Shown: positions 14,431 through 26,574 of the stretch, piece by piece | Numbering within the stretch: the first letter of the stretch is position 1 | Layout: each line of letters opens with the position of its first letter | Assembly: GCF_032062105.1 (NCBI RefSeq) | Contig: NW_026933462.1 | Location: forward strand, 186,001 to 250,000 | Reading direction: 5' to 3' | DNA length: 64,000 bases | From: Saccostrea cucullata | Lineage: Eukaryota | The notes under the pieces: generated by a model | What the model was told of the DNA's origin: nothing | Seen by the model: the letters and a program-made list of their open reading frames with translations, nothing else | Database searches by the model: none | Position numbers and translations under genes: made by a program

Positions 14431-15376
14431 TAAATCATGACATTAATAAAAGATTTAATTTTGCTGTGGTACATGTAGTTATTAGCATTAAATTATGATG
14501 AATGTTTATTTTATTAGCATCAAATTATGATGAATGTTTATTTCCTTACCAGGTAATTTTAATATTTAAAAAAAATTCTCACCTGCTTTTTACTGAAAAT
14601 GAATTCTCAATGTATCTTTTCATCTTTATTTTCATTGTTAGAACTGTATTGGTACATCTAAAAATAAATTTATTATTAATTATTAAAATGAAATAAATTT
14701 GTGTGAATACATACCTTCAAGCTAGGGCATATCATTTTTATACATATATTTTATTAAAGTGTGTATATATTGCTAAAGTTAATTAAAAATTATGGGGGTT
14801 TTTTCACAGTCAAACTGAATAGAGCCTTATAATATGCATGTGTTTACGTCCGTCTCTAATTTATACACACTTCCCTAAATATTTTTAGCCCCCCCCCCCC
14901 CCCCCCAATAAAACACACACACACTTAACAACAATGTAGTCTGTGCCCGAAAACACATATTAATTTTTCATTTCATACACACAAACCTAAGTTACATCTT
15001 CTATTACATTCTCCTCCTAATCAATAGTTGTATGATTTTCAAGAGTAAGTTAATTAATTTGCTTTCTAAAGTAAACACAAATTTCTACTTTTTTTTTATA
15101 CCTGTGCCTAGGGTAGATCCATTCCTACTGATTTCCCGGTGGCCGTATCCACTGCTTTTTAATGTTTTCTTCCATTTGCATCATAATGTACGTATGGGTT
15201 TTTAGAATAGATGGAATCCCTCTAGTCAGACTTCATAAATTTTGTTCCAATATTTCACAAGACCTGTCTCTTTCATTTTCATTAATTGATTGATGACTTA
15301 CTTTATCACTCGCAACTTAAACATCATTTTATCATTGTTTATTTTCCTGGTGTCTGTTTAGCCACATGTTGTTAGA

Positions 15377-18300
15377 TAAGGGTGAAACGTTTACTGAATT
15401 TTGTAAACGTTTAAACGAACAGCAGTAATCGAAACGGCACCGTTTAAACGGAAGAATTTTTTGTGTTGAATTTTTATGGATATTTACCACTGAAACACTT
15501 TCTTAATAAACCATTTTTTCACTTTCATTTAAGTATGTGTTGTTATTACTATTTATGTACCTTTTTTTAGAGCAGAAGGGTATGAAGCCCATTAAACTAA
15601 TACATTTATACACCGTCACGTAACATTGCATTAATGGTTTGCTTGGCTACATACCGGATACAAAAAGAGCATTGTAAAATCAAACCTGCAAAGACAGACC
15701 TTTTAATCCCGAATTAAGTATACCACGATCTGCTGATTGTAGCAAAACACTTGAAAGACTTGTGAAAACGTATTTATTTAATTAATCAAACTCAATTAAA
15801 TTTTACTTTTCAAAACTCAAAAGTCAAACCACATACAAAATAATTGAACAAACTTGCAATAGTAACATCAATCATCGCGAAAGTTCAAAGTTAAAACTGT
15901 CAGTCATCAAATGTGGGGAGTGTTGGCAGTGAAGGCATTCCTGTTTCGGGTGTTTCTTGATTTGGTCGAGGAGGAGACTTTGGTTCCTGTTTCACCTGAA
16001 TAATCTCGGGTCCGGGAGTAGATGATCAAGTTTCCTGAGCTACTGCAATTGCAATTTTTTCCTCTTGTTTCAACTGCTTATTCAAGAAAACAAGCTTGTC
16101 GACCGAGTCCGAGTCAAGCGATGCTCGCAGCTTGGTAACTGTGCCCCCGGCGGTAGAAAATACGCGCTCTGAGGAAACCGAGGTTGCAGGAATGCAGAGT
16201 AATTTCCGGGCTAACATAGATAGCTTCTTATATGTTTCAGTATTTTTCTTCCACCAAATAAAAGGGTTGGATTTCGTATTTACAATTTTTTCCGACACAT
16301 ATAACTTGATTTCATCTTCAATTGTTGCCGGGGCAACAATTTCACAATCAGTTTCATAGTATTCTCCAAGCAAGTACGACATATCATCCTGATTAATACG
16401 CCCACGCTTGGTCGTTGGTTCATATTCTTGTGAATTATTCTGTAAATCCGAACAGGATTTTTCAGCAACTGGTTCATTGGGTAGAATGTCAGTTGTGTCA
16501 CGCTGAAAATAGGATTTGATTGCTTCCTGCACAACAGTTCTCTTCTCCTCAGACAAAAAGGGGAGGGATTTGTACCGTGGATCCAAGAATGAGCAAAGCA
16601 TCGGAACGCTTTCAACTTCAGAACCAATTGAAAATCTGCTTTCCAAATCAGACTTTACGTGTCTCTTAAATGAGGCCACGGCAACGCGATCCGAGTCCGT
16701 GGAAGTTAGGTGTTTGTTGAGTAGGCTGTAAAGTACTGGATATACACCACTTACAGTTGGGTACTCCTCGCTGCACATCACTCTTGTCGCCATATAAAAT
16801 GGCCGCAGCACTGTTATCATTCCTTCCAAAATTAACCACTGTCCATCACTTAAGTCGAGAATTCTGGCGTCATTTTCTTTGGTAACTTTTTTATCATGCA
16901 GAACAGCATACACAGCCATACGTTGCTCCTGCAGACGCTCAAACATATCAAATGTACTATTCCAACGCGTAGGACAGTCAATGATCAAATTGTTCTCAGG
17001 GAGGGACATTTGTTTCTGTCGAACATGCAATTCGTTAGTAGCAATAACCGATTTTCTAAAATGAGAAACAAGTTTCTTTGTTGCAGCAATTGTTTTCGAT
17101 AGAGAACTCGCATTATCGAACCCACCGCGAATTGCTAACTGCAATGTGTGAGCAAAGCATCGAATGTGTTCCCACCGAAGATGTTCAACACAGGACACCA
17201 TATTCGAAGCATTGTCCATCACTGTAACACATATCTGTGTGTTGTTGACTTCAAACTCATTTGCAATTGAACGGATTTCATTTGCCGTATTTTCTCCTGT
17301 GTGTCGCTCTGTAACTTTTCTTGTAGCTAGAACCGAGTTACGATAGTTCCATTGGTCATCAACAAAATGAGCCGTCATTGTTATGTAACCTTCTGTCGCC
17401 AGACTAGTCCAGTGATCAGACGTAAACGCAACAACAATTTGGTTTTTAATGACGTCTTTTAATTTTTGAACAGCATCATTGTATTGGAGAGTGACATAAT
17501 TTGAAACGGTTGTGCGGGATGGAACTTTAAATTGCGGATTCAGCTCTGTGCAGAATTCCTGAAACCCTCTCCCCTCTACAATACTCAATGGTCGTAGATC
17601 ACGTGCACACATTAATGCTAGTTTTTGTGTAATTTTCTGATATTTCTCTCTTGTGACTGATAGAAGAGGAGATCTGAAAGCAGTTATCGGTGCTTGTTTT
17701 AACTGCTGGGCGACTGGTTTGCTTAAGTTAGTCGATTTATGCTTGAATTTAATGTGGTTCATCATAGTGCCTGTGCTTCCCCCTGCATAAGACAGTTCAA
17801 TGGCACAAAGATTGCATTTAACCTTCTTTTTACCATTATTTTCAATAACAGTAAAATATTTCCATACCTCACTCCTTTTTTTACCTTCATCAGTCATTTT
17901 TTTTAATTTTCTGGCGTCAACAACTTTGATATACTAATAAAAAAAATTACACGATAACAATGATGGATCCGGTTCACGTTCAATATTTTAAAGCTCTATA
18001 TTCAACAATTTACCGTTATAGGCATGACAATTTGTATTTTCTTAGCAATAAAACGCAGCATTAAATGTTATTTATTTTAAAACATATGCTTGGAAAAATA
18101 AAATAATATACTGCTAGTTTTCGCTACTGGGAAATCGGAATTAAAAATGTTAGACCGCATTGGGTTTTAAATAGTTTTGTGAAATATTGTTTCCGGTATC
18201 GATTAAAACAGAAAACAATTGTTCGTAAGTAAATTTGTAACAGACAGACTGTGTTTTCTTTGGTAAATATAAAATAAAACAACTTGTTTGTGTCAGATTT

Positions 18301-18413
18301 TATTTCTGGTAGACATTGATTATGACCTTCGTGTAAACGTTTACTCAATTCGTAAACGTTTAGAGCATTTAATCGAAACGTCGCCGTTTACACGTGTAAT
18401 CGTTTCGCCCTTA
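15377..18413 (-). mobile_element. hAT DNA transposon (Ac/ZBED group), 3037 bp
   Basis: TIRs TAAGGGTGAAACG / CGTTTCGCCCTTA. 8-bp TSD TTGTTAGA at 15369-15376 and 18414-18421. Confidence 0.95.
16026..17897 (-). CDS. hAT transposase (ZBED1/ZBED4-like), 623 aa, intronless
   Basis: N-terminal BED finger (VWKYF..CNLC..HIKFKH), FTSDHW, VMDNASN, CFAH, TRWNS, and C-terminal IPATSVSSERVFS dimerisation domain. The DDE triad is intact. Confidence 0.95.
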   Translation of the reverse strand: MTDEGKKRSEVWKYFTVIENNGKKKVKCNLCAIELSYAGGSTGTMMNHIKFKHKSTNLSKPVAQQLKQAPITAFRSPLLSVTREKYQKITQKLALMCARDLRPLSIVEGRGFQEFCTELNPQFKVPSRTTVSNYVTLQYNDAVQKLKDVIKNQIVVAFTSDHWTSLATEGYITMTAHFVDDQWNYRNSVLATRKVTERHTGENTANEIRSIANEFEVNNTQICVTVMDNASNMVSCVEHLRWEHIRCFAHTLQLAIRGGFDNASSLSKTIAATKKLVSHFRKSVIATNELHVRQKQMSLPENNLIIDCPTRWNSTFDMFERLQEQRMAVYAVLHDKKVTKENDARILDLSDGQWLILEGMITVLRPFYMATRVMCSEEYPTVSGVYPVLYSLLNKHLTSTDSDRVAVASFKRHVKSDLESRFSIGSEVESVPMLCSFLDPRYKSLPFLSEEKRTVVQEAIKSYFQRDTTDILPNEPVAEKSCSDLQNNSQEYEPTTKRGRINQDDMSYLLGEYYETDCEIVAPATIEDEIKLYVSEKIVNTKSNPFIWWKKNTETYKKLSMLARKLLCIPATSVSSERVFSTAGGTVTKLRASLDSDSVDKLVFLNKQLKQEEKIAIAVAQET

Positions 18414-19322
18414 TTGTTAGAAACTTCTTTTGACAGGAGAGTCAACCATTTTTTGTCTTCAGTGCAAAAGAGTCAGCAAAGGGAAATAACTCTCGGTCAA
18501 TTGTCATGAAAAGTGAGGATTTCAGGCGAATGGAAAACAACATTTAACTGATATACCCACCTCAAATCTTTTTGAATCTTTTAGATCTAAGTTCTATCTT
18601 ACTGAAAAAACCTTTATTATAAGTTGAAATTGCCTGCAAAAATTTCTATGCACTTGAAGAAATAGGTACCTTTGTATTCATTTTATGACAATCTTTGTGT
18701 AAATTGATCTGTATTATATTAAAACCCTTGAGTTAAATTGAATAAAATTTATATGCCAAGAAACTTTGATTAGTTACCTATAAAATGAGACCCATGTTAC
18801 GTTCTCAACTTTTCTACGTTTAGGAAGCATGGAATTATTTTGCATGGTGATAACAATTAGGTCATTTTCGCCATGGCAAAATATTTAAAGGCCGTTGCTA
18901 TGGAAACCAAGGAAGCACTGTCCAAAATTTACCCACCTATAGTCTTTATATAGGACACTCTTTAATATTATATTGATAAAATAAAATTCCATGATAGTGC
19001 GTGGCCAAGCAATTTTGGTCCTTACAGAGAATTGATGTTAAACAAGATACCCTGTGCCTGAAAACCAGTCACCCATACTATCATCAAATTCAAGGCCAGC
19101 TACACATATATGTAACAATATATGCTGCGACTTAATTGTGTGGACAAGAGTAGACTGCATTGTGATTAGAATAGTTAAAGACATTGTATGGACAGCAAAT
19201 GTTTCAAAGCTGATAAATTTCTACTTCATTTACATTTTCATTCCAGCACTGATGAAAAACTGAGTTCTGGTTTCAACTGTCTTGACACTTGGTTTTGTAT
19301 CTCTAGAATTTTCTAACAATGG

Positions 19323-20770
19323 ACAAGAGGCCCATGGGCCTTATAGGTCACCTGAGCATTATTCAACAACTTTCCAGTGATTGAATTTGTTTTAAGCCAG
19401 ATGCTATAGCATTTACAATTTGGTAATCATAACTATACACTTAGCAGTTCCTTAGTTTGGTTACTTAATACCCATAGGCAGGGTAGGGGAACAAAAAATG
19501 CATTTCAACAAATCAGTAACAGGGTTGCAAATAACCACTCGCCCACTCGCAAATGCGAGTAAATTTTGCTGTGGGCGACCAGCTCTTGAGAATGTTATCG
19601 CCCACTTGGCGAGTAAAAGTTTTATCGGACCTTTTCTAGGATCAGATCGTAGCTTGGTTCTACTATTCAAAGTACTTTCGTTTTCCTATCCCAGGCGGAT
19701 TTTTCTGTGTTTGATCATTCAGCTGACTCTATTTTTTTTAACAAATATTTATTATAGCTTTATTTGAGATAAAAAAAATATGTCAACCTAGTCAACATTT
19801 ACCTTAAATTTAAAGAGTAATCATTATTGTAACAAGAATTCCCCCAACAACTTTATGAAGTTCGTTTTCTGCCGCTATAGGCAGCCATGTTGGGTGTCCA
19901 TTGTAAATATAACACCTGGTTAATTCAGTCCAGGGATGCACATGTTTGGTCCTCTCATTTATAAACCAAAAAAAACGACATATCGACCCTTGGTTTGGGG
20001 GGAATGTTACAAAAATCAAACATTTTTTAAAAGTGCATGCCCTGAAAAAACTGAAATCAAAAGATAACATGGGATTGCATACATTTAGTAGTGTAAAAGT
20101 CTCCAGGAAAATGTTGAAAAAAAAATGAAATACTCTTGACAATAAAGTATTTTTCTCTTATGTTTTAATATGAAAAGATTTTTTACAAAGTGAAAAAAAA
20201 ATTGTGGGCCCCATAATATCAATGTGGGCTAGTAAAATTTGTGAAGTTGGGGGCCCACATGGCCCCTATGGTTTAAATGTTATTTGCAACCCTGAGTAAT
20301 ATTCAGCAATAATCAGTAATGCCGCTACCACACAGGAATCCTTGACTCTTAGGCTTTGATCCACACATTGCACAATTTTTGGAAAGGCATCCTTGCTTTT
20401 CAAAAAAATTTGATGAATACCAAGGAGCACATTTCAAACAATTCATTCATTTTCAGTATATAAGTACAGCCCCCCCCCCTATGGTACAACTGATCCTGGG
20501 GTCTTGAAATTTACAATTCTTGAAAATTGGGTCCCTTGCTCATAACTATATAGGTAGTTCATTTGCTTAAAACCTAGGAACAAAGAATAAAATATTCAAA
20601 GATTTAATGTTTTTTCACTATACATGTATAATCAATACACCCCCCCCCCCCCCCCCCCCGCCCTAACACCAGAACCCCTGACTCTGGGGCCATAAAATTC
20701 ACAATTTTGGTAGAGGCACTCTTGCTCATTATAACTATGTACTTAGTTAGTTTATTTAATATTCAGGAGC

Positions 20771-20804
<34 letters not shown>

Positions 20805-21189
20805 CACTATATACTTATTTAGCCCCGCCCTAGCACAAGAACCCCTGACCCCAGGGCCATGAATTTCACAATTTTGATAGAGGACTCAATGCTGATTACA
20901 ATCATGCAAACAGTTTGACTGCTTGATGTCCAGGAGTAAAGAAGAAGATTTTTAAAGATTTCATTAATTTTAGTGGTTTTGGCCCCACCCCCCAGGCCCC
21001 AGGGGGGTAGGGATCATGAAATTCACAATTTTTGTTCCCCTTCACCCATAGATGCTTTGTGCCAAATTTGGTTGCAATTGGTTCAGTGGTTGCAGAGAAG
21101 AAGCTGAAAATGTTCAAAAGTTTACGACCGATTGACGACGAACGACGAACGACGTACGACGAACGACGGACGACGACGGACAAAAACAG

Positions 21190-21226
<37 letters not shown>
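19323..21226 (-). mobile_element. Non-autonomous helentron (GGTCACCTGAG family)
   Basis: ACAAGAGGCCCATGGGCC..AGGTCACCTGAG at one end; AGGTCACCTGAGTGACTCAGGTGACCT palindrome plus (GAC/GAAC)n at the other; degenerate ~160-bp internal repeats. Confidence 0.85.
19520..20294. mobile_element. hAT5-type MITE with 5-bp TSD
   Basis: TIR CAGGGTTGCAAATAAC / GTTATTTGCAACCCTG. TSD AGTAA at 19515-19519 and 20295-20299. Subterminal motifs are shared with the element at 21859. Confidence 0.85.
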
Positions 21227-21229
<3 letters not shown>

Positions 21230-21593
21230 TGGGTAATCATGTTAATCGTGTTGAATGTTCCTGTTATTCTTATAAATGTATGATGTGATATGTCACAATC
21301 AATCAGAAAACTTCTGGCTTATAAGACTATTTTAAATAGCAATGATGACTAATTTAATCTATGTACTACATAAAAAAGAATATCAAAACTTAGAATCATA
21401 AATGATTCTCAAAATGTAACATTTGTCTTTGTTAGATAAATTGTTGAAAACATGAATTTGTTGAGTTTTACTTTAAAGGTAAATATACTTGAAACTCGAC
21501 ATTTAAAATTATAAGTAAACCCTCTTCCAAATATAGAGTCAAATAAAGAATGGAATTGCCAAACATTCTTCTGTGCTAACAAAAGAATATATA

Positions 21594-21822
21594 CTGTAAG
21601 TCGTTTTAATTCCACGGTGTTAAAATTTCACGATATCTCAAAAAGTACCAATTGCGATGGTTTTAATTTCACGCTACAAGAAATTAATTAAAAATTTATA
21701 TAAGCATTAAAACATTTTTAAGAACTAGTAATAGAATTCACGATGGGTTTAATTTCGCGGAAAAATGATAAACCGCGAACATAGCGAAATTAAAACCATC
21801 GTGATTATTTGCCAATCTACAG
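21594..21822. mobile_element. TA-flanked CTGTA..TACAG MITE (Tc1/mariner-like)
   Basis: TA|CTGTA ... TACAG|TA with repeated AATTTC(A/G)CG motifs. Confidence 0.55.
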
Positions 21823-21858
21823 TATACCCCCGGCAAACGAAGTTTGGGGGGTATATAG

Positions 21859-24800
21859 CAGGGTTTAAACTTAACGCTCGCCCACGCGTCAAATGCGAGT
21901 AAAAATTCGTGTGGGCCCGTAAATTTCAAAACTTGTTCGCCCACATGGCGAATGAAAATTTCGGTAACCAACTTTTAATATCGAGATAATATTATCGGGT
22001 TCGTTATGTCAGAAATCAATGTGACCTAAACGCTCCCTCAGATCCTTACTATTCGCTTACCGTAAAGCGTTGCAATGACCTACAGTAAATCAAGATGGCG
22101 AAGCAAACGCAGTTGTCTGCGTTTTTTAATATCGGAGAGATTCAGTCTCAGAAGCGAAGTAGATCAGCTGAATCACGAGATGAATATTATAAACAGTACG
22201 ATAAAAAGAGGAAGAGACAGTTCAGAGAGTCATGGGTTATTGGGAGACCTTGGCTGACAGATACAGAAACAGGAATGATTTGCTCACACTGCGTTTCTTA
22301 TCAAGGAAATGAAGGAACCTCGGCTTTTACTAAAGGTTGTACTCTTTACAAATTAGACTCTATCGTGAAACATGAACAGTCTAAGGTGCACAAAAACTGT
22401 GCTGAAATTCACAAACAGAAGACCAAGGAAATACCGGAGGCAGTCAAGATAATACAATCACTGAATAAAGATATTCATGATAGGTTGCGCATTATGTTTC
22501 GAAATTGTCACTCGATAATTATGAACAACAGGCCGTTAACAGACTATCTTTGGTTATGTGAATTAGACGAGATTAAAGGAATTGAGGTGGGACAAACTTA
22601 CAGAAACATTATGTCGGCAAAATCCTTCATTAAAGCCATTTCTGATGATGAATTCAAGAAAGTGAAAATGGACATTCTGAATACTAATTATTTGTGTATC
22701 ATAGGTGATGGTTCCACAGATTCATCAGTGAAAGAACAGGAAATGTGGTTTGCAAGAACATGTAGACATGGTAAAATACAGATGTATTTTTTAGGTGTAC
22801 AAGAGACAGAAAAAGCAGATGCAAGTGGGATTCTTAATGGATTGAAGAGTTTGATTGAAACAAATTTAACCCTATCATCTGACTGCTTTTTAAGTAAAGT
22901 TGTTTCTTTGTCATGTGATGGAGCTAGTGTTATGGTTGGCTGTAGGAATGGTGTAGGGGCACTTTTAAAGAAAATTCAACCTTCCATTGTTGTAGTGCAT
23001 TGCATGGCACACAGACTCGAACTTAGTTTGAAAGATGCAGCTAAAAAGCATGCCTTGTATGATAAAGTAGTTAGAGTATTACTGCAAGGAATTTATTTGT
23101 TCTATCATAACAGCAGTTTGAACCGCTCCATGCTTAAACGTTCCTTTGAAGCATTGAAGCAGGAGAAAGATAAACTCATGATTCCAACTCGATCGGGGGG
23201 AACTAGGTGGATTGGACATCAATTAGCTGCCATTGAACACTTGCTTTGTTCATACAAGTTTATTGTTTCCCACCTGGAACAGGTACTTATAATAAATCAT
23301 GTTTAAAACAGAATTGATTTTAAGTAGTTACTGTGAGGGGCTAATGCTATAAGTGACCAAAATAACTCATTATTTTGAATTTTCATTTATGCTTTTGCAT
23401 TTCAAAATCTCATTTTATTTATCAACAATTTACATCATACTGGGATTTTTGTTTTTACCAGGGTTTGCAACTGTCAAACATATTACTTAAAAAAAGAAAA
23501 TTATTATATGAAGCTTTTATTAACAATAATGTTTAATTTTTTAAAATGATTACAGATTGGTACAACATCTGAGAGGGTTTCAAGTGACAGCAAGAGTAAA
23601 GCAAAAGCTTATCTATCTCTCTTGAAATCCCGAAATGTCATTGAATTCCTTCTGTTTTTGATGGACATTTTCACTCCTTTGAAAAGAATGTCTCTGGTTC
23701 TTCAAGACCGCAACACCACTCTGTCAAGTCTGTACTGTGTCCTAGCTTCTACTATCGAGGTCATCGAGAAGTATAAAACAAGGTGAGGAAATCTATTTAC
23801 TTAAATATCAAATATTATTTAGTTATATTTATAATCATTTAGGAATAACTCAGAAGTAATTAAATTACACAACTTATGGATTATCAGTGTTGGGCCTTAC
23901 CAAAGCAAGATACAAGGAACATCAGAGTTTGAAGGAGTATCTTTGTCAGGACCTGTGAAATTTTCAAAGGAGGTGTTCATCAAGTCAGTGGTTGGAAGTC
24001 TTGAAACTCGTTTTAGAGATTTCAGAGATGCAGAAAATATTGTTAGAGCTACCAGGATAGCAGATCTTAGATCTTGGCCAGTTACTTGGGATGACTTGAA
24101 AGGTTTACTTACACATGTTTTTTTTTCAGGTTCTTATTTTGTTTTCCACTGTGCAGCTTGAATGAATTTTTTACTTACTTTTCAGTTAAAGTTTTACCCT
24201 GTTGTTTTTTTGTTGATGTTCTGTCTTGATAAATATACCAGTGTACTTCATGTTGGACAAATGTAAAAATAAAATAAATAAAAATTTTCAAAATAATTAA
24301 AAAATATGTTTCAATCTTCATGATATACTAAATAATTTTATGCAAAGAAATAGTCTTATTTGTGTGAACAACAATCATCATTTTTTAAATACAATTCTAA
24401 AGTATTTAATTATGAGTTATAAATAGTTGGCAATATATTTTTGTAGTGTGGGGAGATAAGGAAGTTGATGATCTGACCTCTCACATCTCTGATGTCTTGG
24501 AGGAATCTGGGGTGAAGATTGAAGATGTAGTAACAGAGTGGACTCTTTTAAAGAAAGAAGTTCAGAACAGGTACATTTAATGTAGGATTTGTGCTGAGTT
24601 ATTCAACTTATATATTTTAGTTTGGTCAACAGAAAATTTCTGGAACATTCTGCATGTGTGTATTATTATTATTATTTTTTTAATTATTTCAGGCACATGA
24701 GCAATTATGGAGAAAAGGCCTCTTGGGAAATGATCAACAATGAACTGAGAGAAAATCTCCCAAATATTCTGGAACTTATAGATTTAATTTTGTCACTCTC

Positions 24801-25408
24801 ACCTTCCAGTGCTGAGGCTGAGAGAGGATTTTCTCAGCTTAAGTTGATCAAGACAAATCTAAGGAGTAAGATGGGAAATGAACTACTTAACCAGAGCATG
24901 ATTATAAAACTACATTCCCCATCAATAACAAATTTCAATCCTGATGATGCCATCACTGTATGGAATACAGCATCCCTTAGGGTCAGAAGGCCCTTATGTA
25001 CTCCTTTAGGCAAAAGAAAAACAGACTCTGAAAGCATTGATCAGGAAACAAATGAAGATGAAGTTGAAGTTGAAAGTGATGCAGATCTTGTGAGTTGTCA
25101 GTGTGACTGTTGTACAGCCTCTTCAGACTGATGAACTTGTTGGAGAAGACTCTGACACTGAAATTGAATCTATTCAAGACATACTGGACAGTGTTGAGAT
25201 TGAACAAGAACTAGAAATAGAATATTCATAATGAGCAAGAACTAGTAATAGAATATTCAAAATATGTTGTTTGTGATTTATTTTTACACAAATTAAATTT
25301 TGCACAATTAATTGGTGTGTGGGCTAATAAATTTGGCTGTGGGCCCCCAAATTTGAAAATTTAGGGGCCCACATGGCTAGTGAAAATTTGAGTTAAGTTT
25401 AAACCCTG
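21859..25408 (+). mobile_element. Autonomous-looking hAT5-type DNA transposon, 3550 bp
   Basis: TIR CAGGGTTTAAACTTAAC / GTTAAGTTTAAACCCTG. 5-bp TSD TATAG at 21854-21858 and 25409-25413. Confidence 0.92.
22095..25131 (+). CDS. hAT (ZNF862-like) transposase, 5 exons, ~730 aa
   Basis: Exons 22095-23282, 23556-23782, 23888-24102, 24447-24570 and 24693-25131 join in frame through GT-AG introns. TTF-type zinc finger (RPWL..MICSHC..KHEQSKVH), IGDGSTD, SCDGAS, HCMAHRLEL, TRW and SSAEAERGFS. Confidence 0.9.
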
Positions 25409-25459
25409 TATAGGAATCACCTTGTCCGTCTGTTCGTCTGTCTGTCCGTCTGTCTGTGC

Positions 25460-26370
25460 AATCGTGTCCGGTCCATATCTTTCTTACAGAGGGACATTAG
25501 AATCTACTACTCCACACTAAGATTGCTCATGACCTAAGGGTGTGTCATGACCTTGACCCAAGGTCATTTGGGGAAGTTCAAGGTCACTGGAAGAAAAATT
25601 TCATAATTCGTGTCCGGTCCATATCTTTCTTATGGATAACTTGGTAGGTTCTCATTTCAAATAAAGATAGCCCATGACCCAAGGGTGTGTCATGACCTTG
25701 ACCCAAGGTCATTTGGGGAAGTTCAAGGTCAATGGAAGAAAAATTTCATAAATCATGTTAGATACATATCTTTTATGGATAAATTTGGTAGGTTTTCATT
25801 TCACACAAAGATTGCCCATGACCCAAGGGTGTGTCATGACCCTGACCCAAGGTCATTTGGGGAAGTTCAAGGTCACTGGAAGAAAAATTTCATAATTTGT
25901 GTCCGGTCCATATCTTTCTTATGGATAAACTTGGTAGGTTCTCATTTCACACAAAGATTGCCCATGATCCAAGGGAGTGTCATGACCTTGACTCAAGGTC
26001 ATTTGGAGAAGTTCAAGGTCACTGGAAGAAAAATTTAATAATTGATGTCCGGTCCATATCTTTCTTATCGATAAACTTGGTAGGTTCTCATTTCACACAA
26101 AGATTGCCCATGACCCAAGGGTGTGTCATGACCTTGACCCAAGGTCATTTGGGGAAGTTTAAGGTCATTGAAAGAAAAATTTCATAATTCGTGTCCTGTC
26201 TATATCTTTCTTATGGAAAAATTTGGTAGGTTCTCATTTCACTCAAAGATTGCCAATGACCCAAGGGTGTGTCATGACCTTAACCCAAGGTCATTTGGAG
26301 AAGTTCAATGTTACTGGAATAAAAATTTCATAATTCGTGTTTGATACATATCTTTATTATGGAAGAACTT
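25460..26370 (+). repeat. ~146-bp tandem repeat (~6 units) with TGACCTTGA/TCAAGGTCA motifs
   Basis: GACCCAAGGTCATTT recurs at ~146-bp spacing. Confidence 0.9.
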
Positions 26371-26574
26371 ACCTCTGAAAAACCCAGCGGGGGGTATTTT
26401 GTCCCGTTTGGACAGTTCTAGTTTTAAATTGTATATTATGAACTCAACGATAATAACAAAACATGTTCACACAACAGTCAATCTAAGTTGTTCATCCTTC
26501 AACGGCAACAAGTTTTATTGAAATTGTTAGGTACTAGGTAGTAAGAAATCACAATGGGAATTCCTTTAAATGTA

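Larger units (their letters stand above)
9500..19037. mobile_element. Large unclassified TTAA-specific TIR element (9.5 kb including nested insertions)
   Basis: Perfect TIR CATCAATTCTCTGTAAGGACCAAA at both ends, TTAA at 9496-9499 and 19038-19041. Removing it restores the YqaJ reading frame (FFI-DIKQDTLCLKTSHPYYHQ). Confidence 0.9.
5174..19263 (+). pseudogene. YqaJ/lambda-exonuclease-family gene of an ISL2EU-like transposon; multi-exon, interrupted
   Basis: Exons ~5174-5350, ~5756-5928, ~6118-6192, ~8042-8309, ~8623-8762, ~9103-9301, and 9493-9499 joined to 19042-19263. Motifs SKTDIKCGW, TIGQRNNP..RKYRITASNF, WGITHEDDAL, LGASPEGL, EVKCPY and HPYYHQIQGQLHI..CDLIVWT. A frameshift lies in the last exon. 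Confidence 0.85.
21823..26422 (+). mobile_element. Non-autonomous helentron with ~146-bp tandem array, interrupted by the hAT5 element
   Basis: 5' TATACCCCCG..TTTGGGGGGTATA hairpin, (GTCT)n, tandem units, 3' GCGGGGGGTAT plus TGTCC..GGACA hairpin and CTAGT end. Confidence 0.85.

Noticed and set aside
16096-17346. Plus-strand ORFs over the hAT transposase; similar antisense ORFs over gag, RT and piggyBac
   Set aside because: Antisense shadows with no recognisable motifs.
25685-26187. ORFs in satellite arrays (also 53056-53562, 55639-55911, 7646-7912)
   Set aside because: Translations of non-coding tandem repeats.
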